Part shown: piece after piece, positions 59,067-64,000 of the stretch
Position numbering within the stretch: position 1 is the first letter of the stretch
How the letters are laid out: each line of letters starts with the position of its first letter
Source: Oikopleura dioica
Taxonomy: Eukaryota > Animalia > Chordata
NCBI GenBank assembly: GCA_907165135.1
Contig: OU015566.1
Coordinates: forward strand, 372,001-436,000
Reading direction: 5' to 3'
Length of the DNA stretch: 64,000 bases
The notes under the pieces: generated by a model
The model's database searches: none
What the model was told of the DNA's origin: nothing
Seen by the model: the letters and a program-made list of their open reading frames with translations, nothing else
Program-made: the position numbers and the translations under genes

Positions 59067-60366
59067 TTAATTTCACCCCCTAAATCTCATTTTTATCCAA
59101 TAATTTTAGACTCGACAGATTCGGGATGATCTGAGGATTCAGTAAATATATGATTCATGAGCAGACTATGAGTATAAGAGAAATTACGATCACCCCTGAG
59201 AAAATTCTCGTCGACCCCCCCCCCCTTAAAAAAATTTTTCAATAATTTCTAGTCTGGAAACTTATCAACGCACGAAAAATTGGGAGAATTCCCTTTTTCG
59301 TTTTTTTTCAAAAAAGAGACGTTTTTTGGGCTTGTAAAAAGAATGCTTCTCCTTTGTTCTAATTATCAATAAAAAGATTAACTTGATTCCAGTTCTTGGT
59401 TCAATCATTCATCGACGATCTCATTTACAAAATCTTATCAATAACAATACAAATGGGTTCTGTTATAACCAAGTATTTTCAATAGTTAGTTGGATTATAT
59501 CATTTCAAATTGAACCGAAAATTTTAAAAATCCATCCTAATTTTCGGCATTTATGGCCCTCAAAAAAGAGAGTAAACTTTCTGTAGTCTTGCTTCTAGAA
59601 TTTCGACTGAATTTATCTGAAATTAAATAATTGTAGGCTGTCAACTTTCAAATCACTGGTGAGACTCAGTTTTTTTATTTGTTGCCTTACCAAGCCCGTC
59701 AAACAGGGCAGGCATATAAATTTCGTTTAAAAACTCAGAGCGAACGCGAAGCGAAAGCGAAAATTTTTTCCAGCCAAAAAGCGAAGCGAAAGCGAAGCGA
59801 ACGCCTGTCTTGTACAGCGAAGCGAAAGCGAATTCGCCCAACGAAAAATTCACCAAAAGCTTAAATTCGCCAAAAACAAAGAATCGCCGAAAGCGAAAAT
59901 TCGCCAAAAGCGAAAATTCACCGAAAGTGGATCATAGTCCCCTCATCATAGTCTATGGTTCATAGAGGCTCTATCATAGAGCTACACTTCAGTGTTTTCT
60001 TTTTTTGAGAATCTTCAAGTGAAAATCCAGAAATACATTCTTTCGAAATTATAAGAAATAATCTCGATGAATTTCAATTTTTTATTTGAACTAAGGCGGA
60101 CTGCGCCGGAATTTATCCAATAATGAGTAAAAATATTGATTTTCACCAAAATCGCATATTTTTTAATCAGCGAAATTCGGGTACAAGCGCCTTACGCACC
60201 AAAGGTACTCTTTTCTAGAATTTGTTGTGATTTTTCATTTCTCTTAAGAAAGTTGTCAGTTTTATTTTTTAATTTATGGTCAACCTTCGGTCATCAAAAT
60301 ATGGAGAATAATCAGTGGTCTCCAGGCAGAGTTGAATTTATTATATTGTCTTGAAAACTTACAGTG

Positions 60367-60485
60367 CAGGGGTGGATATTTTGATTTCAAACTTCATTTC
60401 AAACCCCGAAATTCCCGCTCTCGACCAATCAGGATGGTCAAATTGGGGTTGAAATGAGGAGTTGAAATCAAAATATCCACCCCTG
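60367..60485. mobile_element. 119-bp hAT-type MITE
   Basis: 22-bp TIR CAGGGGTGGATATTTTGATTTC and TSD TTACAGTG/ATACAGTG. Confidence 0.85.
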
Positions 60486-61215
60486 ATACAGTGACACATC
60501 CTTAACTTGTCACTTTATCCAGGCGCGGCCGTCTTTTGAAAATGGTTAAGAGATCGAAATTTGCTGGCAGTACTGCAAGGACTGAACCCTATTTTCAAGC
60601 AACATAGACAAAATTGGTCGCTATTAATTGCTGACCAAAAGAAAGCAAAGAAGAGTCAAACAGATGCGAACTTTCAAGAGATTTTCAAAGAACGAATTAG
60701 ATTTCTGCTTTCGGCCCAGAGTTCGAAATTTCAAGTTTTTTGGGGAGTTTCCGATCCCCTCCCGCGTCTTCAAAGTCAGCAGACTTCTGTATTCTTGGGG
60801 AATTTTGAGATCGCTTTCTCAAAATCTACTCGGTCAAATTTCAAATTTCGAAACAAATTTTGAGCTTAACTTAAGGACTGTTCCCCTTTAAATTTTTCTC
60901 CGAATTTTAATGTTTCAACATTTTAGGTCTCCAAAATTGATCTTTTTTGAAGTAACAGCAAATTAACTCGAATTTCGGACCCGCACAATTCGGCCCTTTT
61001 TCGAGAAATATGCCAAACAAAAAAGGTCTAAATTTTGCGAGTAAACTGTAAAAAAAAAATTTGGGTCACCGAATAAATCATTCTCGGCCTCGATCATTGG
61101 GGAGACGCTTAATAGTGACTTTCTTGGCACTTGATTCTCTTGGCATTCATATCAACGTTGTCTTACTGAGAATTTTTTAGTAAGCATTTTTAATTTCTCA
61201 AGTATTTTGTAAAAG

Positions 61216-61530
61216 ATAAATGATAATTCAACTCAGTCACCAGGTTTTCAATCTGCTTATAATGCAGATGGTCAATCATCATGCACAAACCAGCAATGGG
61301 GGTTTCCTTCTGGTAATGCGTATCCTGATTCCAACATTCCATACCCAGGGCAACCTATTCTGCCAGTTTATCAAACTGAAGGTTCTGCCGGTCCGTTCCC
61401 GTATCAAGACAATAATCAATGGAGCTCAAGTGGTAATGCTTACGAAGCTATTCAAGTTCCTCCTGAAGAACATGTTTTACAAAATCTTCAAGAGTTGTTC
61501 AGGCCAATTGGTTTAATTTATAAATAATTA
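61216..61530 (+). CDS. Pro/Gln/Tyr-rich exon, possibly the 5' part of the 63.4-kb gene
   Basis: Open frame DNSTQSPGFQSAY...NIPYPGQPILPVYQ...VLQNLQELF with no ATG, so it is absent from the ORF track. Confidence 0.45.
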
Positions 61531-61650
61531 AACATTGTGCACGGGAATGTTTTTGACAATGAAATCTTAACGAGCGTCGAAACATTTTCAATAAATAAAG
61601 AAATTATTGATAAATGATCAATTTGAAATTAATTTAAAAATGCATATTTA

Positions 61651-63075
61651 CAGTGATAACCCATTTAAAGGCCCACCATTTTAAGGCCACTTTTTTGAAA
61701 AATTCCCAAAATTTGTCATCCTCAAAATATCCATTATAAGGCCACTTTTGATCATCTTAAATTACAGTTAAGCGACCCTACCCTAACGGTTAGGGCCTAA
61801 CCCTGAACTTACGCCGCTGAAATTTAGCGAAAAGAAGGGGTTTTTATCCGCCATCTGGAGTTAATTTAGTCCGGAATGATCTGAGCGATATATCCTCGAT
61901 TGATTCGAGAATCTAGCGTGACGCTTTAAGTTCTTGTAATATCTTTAAAGTGAAGCCGATCTAAACAGAATCTAAAATTGAAATTTTCGTTCTTCTGTGG
62001 AGAGGCAGTTGGAACTTCCTTAACTTGAGAGAGCAAAATTCAGTCAAGGATTCGTCTTTGACCGAAGAGATTCTCACTTATCAAAGTTTAATTTGTACCC
62101 TTTCCAGAACACCAAAAATCAATGTTTCAAATTAAATTGAATTTTTTGATTAAGTGATCAAAGCTGATCTTCGGATGAAAAATCTTTATATGTTTTTCTT
62201 AGTTCCTTATTCCTGTTTTTTCACGAAAAAGGCAGGCAAGAGACGACAATTTTCGGCAAATGCCTGTTGTATGCACAAAAAAAAGGAAAAAAATCATTGT
62301 CATCCGGCTCAACATGAAAAATGTGCATTTTAAGGGACCCCCGATTTCTCAAGTCTTAATGACGGGTGTCTATGCGGCATTTTTAGAATCCTCGTGTTCT
62401 GAGGATCATTTTGATATATTATATGTTCCCCTTACGAGCATTTTTACCCAAAATTTTGAGCCTCGAAAATCGTAAAAATGCATGTAATTTGTACTCAGCG
62501 TGGAAATCACATTTTTTTCGACTTTTCGATGTCATCGAAAATAGACGTGTAAGGAGTCTTTCGAACGTTTACAGTGCACTGAGTAAGAATATGATAACCG
62601 CATTCGGATTTTCGGCCATATATCGGCGCTAGAGAGCAATTTAGAGCCAGAAAAGGGCCAAAATGGCATCAAAAAGTTTTTGTTAAGAAAAAATTTCTCT
62701 TACTTGACCAAACGATGTCTCTGTACTAGAGATTGTTGATAAGGGATCAAGAAAGAAAATAAAAATTGATTTAAGTCTCTATATAAGAGCAAAAAAAAAC
62801 TAGTTCGACTTTGAAAAAGGCCCAAAACGGGGGTTTTCGCGAGTATCTATGTATTCAGCCCGCTTTTTCGAGGTGTTTGCCCTTATGAAAATTTTTTTCT
62901 GTACTAGAGTTTGTTCACTGAGAAACGGGCTTCAAAATGAGCCATTAACCATTTAAAAAGCTTAGCCCAGAAAAAAGTAGTTCGACGTCAAAGTTGGCGA
63001 AATCGGGGGATCCCTAAAGGCCACTTTTGAAATTTGCTGTCATCCAAAAATCGGCCTTAAAATGGGTTTTCACTG
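61651..63075. mobile_element. Tc1/mariner-type CAGTG element with a nested TTAA-type insertion (about 62334-63014)
   Basis: TA|CAGTGA.AACCCATTT...AAATGGGTTTTCACTG|TA and TAAGGCC subterminal repeats. Confidence 0.65.
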
Positions 63076-63430
63076 TAAGTCAAAAATTTATACTTTTTAT
63101 AAAGAACTACTGTCGTGGATTTTTATCCGACGCCAATGACTCATTAAAAAAGAGGAAAGTCAAGGCCACGTTGCAGGCATTATGAGTCATATGCGCCGAA
63201 AAAGATCAAAGAATGTAGTCGCAACAAGAATCTGACTCTTTCGACAATTTATAGCGGCAATAATTATCGGTCATATTATAATTTTCGATCGAGCAGAAAA
63301 AGATTATTCTCGATTTTTTGAGGAAAATTGTTGACGGGAGGGGGGTGGTCCTTAAACAAATTAATTTCCTACGTCGATTTAAACTATCGGGGTTATTTTC
63401 AGTGTGGTTTCTTAATTGAACCAAAATCAG

Positions 63431-63951
63431 TTCGCCAGAAGGAGCCGATATAAATCTTCGAAAAGCAATGTTTCACCAATACATAAAAATATTAAAAAGC
63501 CGTCCAATACTCGTAAGACATGAACATGAAAGTGGATCTGGCGAGTCAAGACGTACTTACACAACATATGAGCCTCCGAAATTTGCTATGGTCGAATCAA
63601 ATTTTTCTGAACCTTCGCCGGATTTTGTTTGCTTTTTCATTACCGAAATTCTTCCCGGTAACATGCGTTTTATGCGGGCAAAATTTATTAAATTATTAAG
63701 GAAAACCGAGGAATACTGAAGCTTGTTGCTGTTGCTCAAATCCGTTTGACGACCGATTGTATCAATTTCCAGTGAAAACAGATATTTGCGGCTATAAATC
63801 TGGCTGGAATGAGCTGATGCCTATTTCAGAAGAAGACATGATGATAATGGAATGCGTGAGTGTTTGCTACTCAAAAATATTTTTAATAATTTTCAGACTG
63901 GCTGGAATCAACAACAACTTTGGGCCGGAATGAAGGAAGTTCAACGCGCTT
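63431..63951 (+). CDS. Paralogue of the 43.4-45 kb gene, three exons visible, continuing beyond the window
   Basis: SPEGADINLRKAMFHQYIKIL...EPPKFAMVESNF...FFITEILPGKPRNT...FDDRLYQFP...SGWN...TGWNQQQLW. Confidence 0.7.
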
Positions 63952-64000
63952 GTAAGTAGGATAATAAAATCAAAAAAACCAAAAGTGGATATAAAACAAT

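Noticed and set aside
61216-63951. Phospholipid scramblase call (Pro-rich N-terminus plus CCCC)
   Set aside because: The Cys run is not conserved in the paralogue and the shared blocks do not match scramblase motifs.

Overview
AT-rich eukaryotic (metazoan) genomic DNA with short (about 37-50 bp) spliceosomal introns and a very high load of mobile elements. The style suggests a larvacean tunicate, but that is inference only. The window is dominated by a nested rearrangement at 3.5-25.4 kb. Two essentially identical 5.9-kb hAT transposons (4493-10430 and 19232-25170, each with an intact 6-exon, 756-aa transposase plus a second Zn-finger/RING-like cargo gene behind a CCAAT-box array) face each other in inverted orientation. 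Their 8-bp target-site duplications are swapped between copies, and the 8.8-kb segment between them is flipped. The flip splits an LTR retroelement, the TSD of a second hAT family and a MITE. Other notable elements: a 542-bp TRIM whose identical LTRs each contain a tRNA-like Pol III gene complementary (with CCA) to the element's own PBS; Penelope-like remnants with minimal hammerhead ribozymes; and a 130-bp hAT-type MITE inside a coding exon that could be spliced out precisely as a GA-AG intron. Host genes include SPATA17, a PLAC8-family gene, a CUB-like gene, Pro-rich proteins and two paralogues of an unrecognised family. Many MITEs with TA, TTAA, 8-bp and 9-bp TSDs fill the rest. All coordinates and alignments were read by eye, with no database searches.
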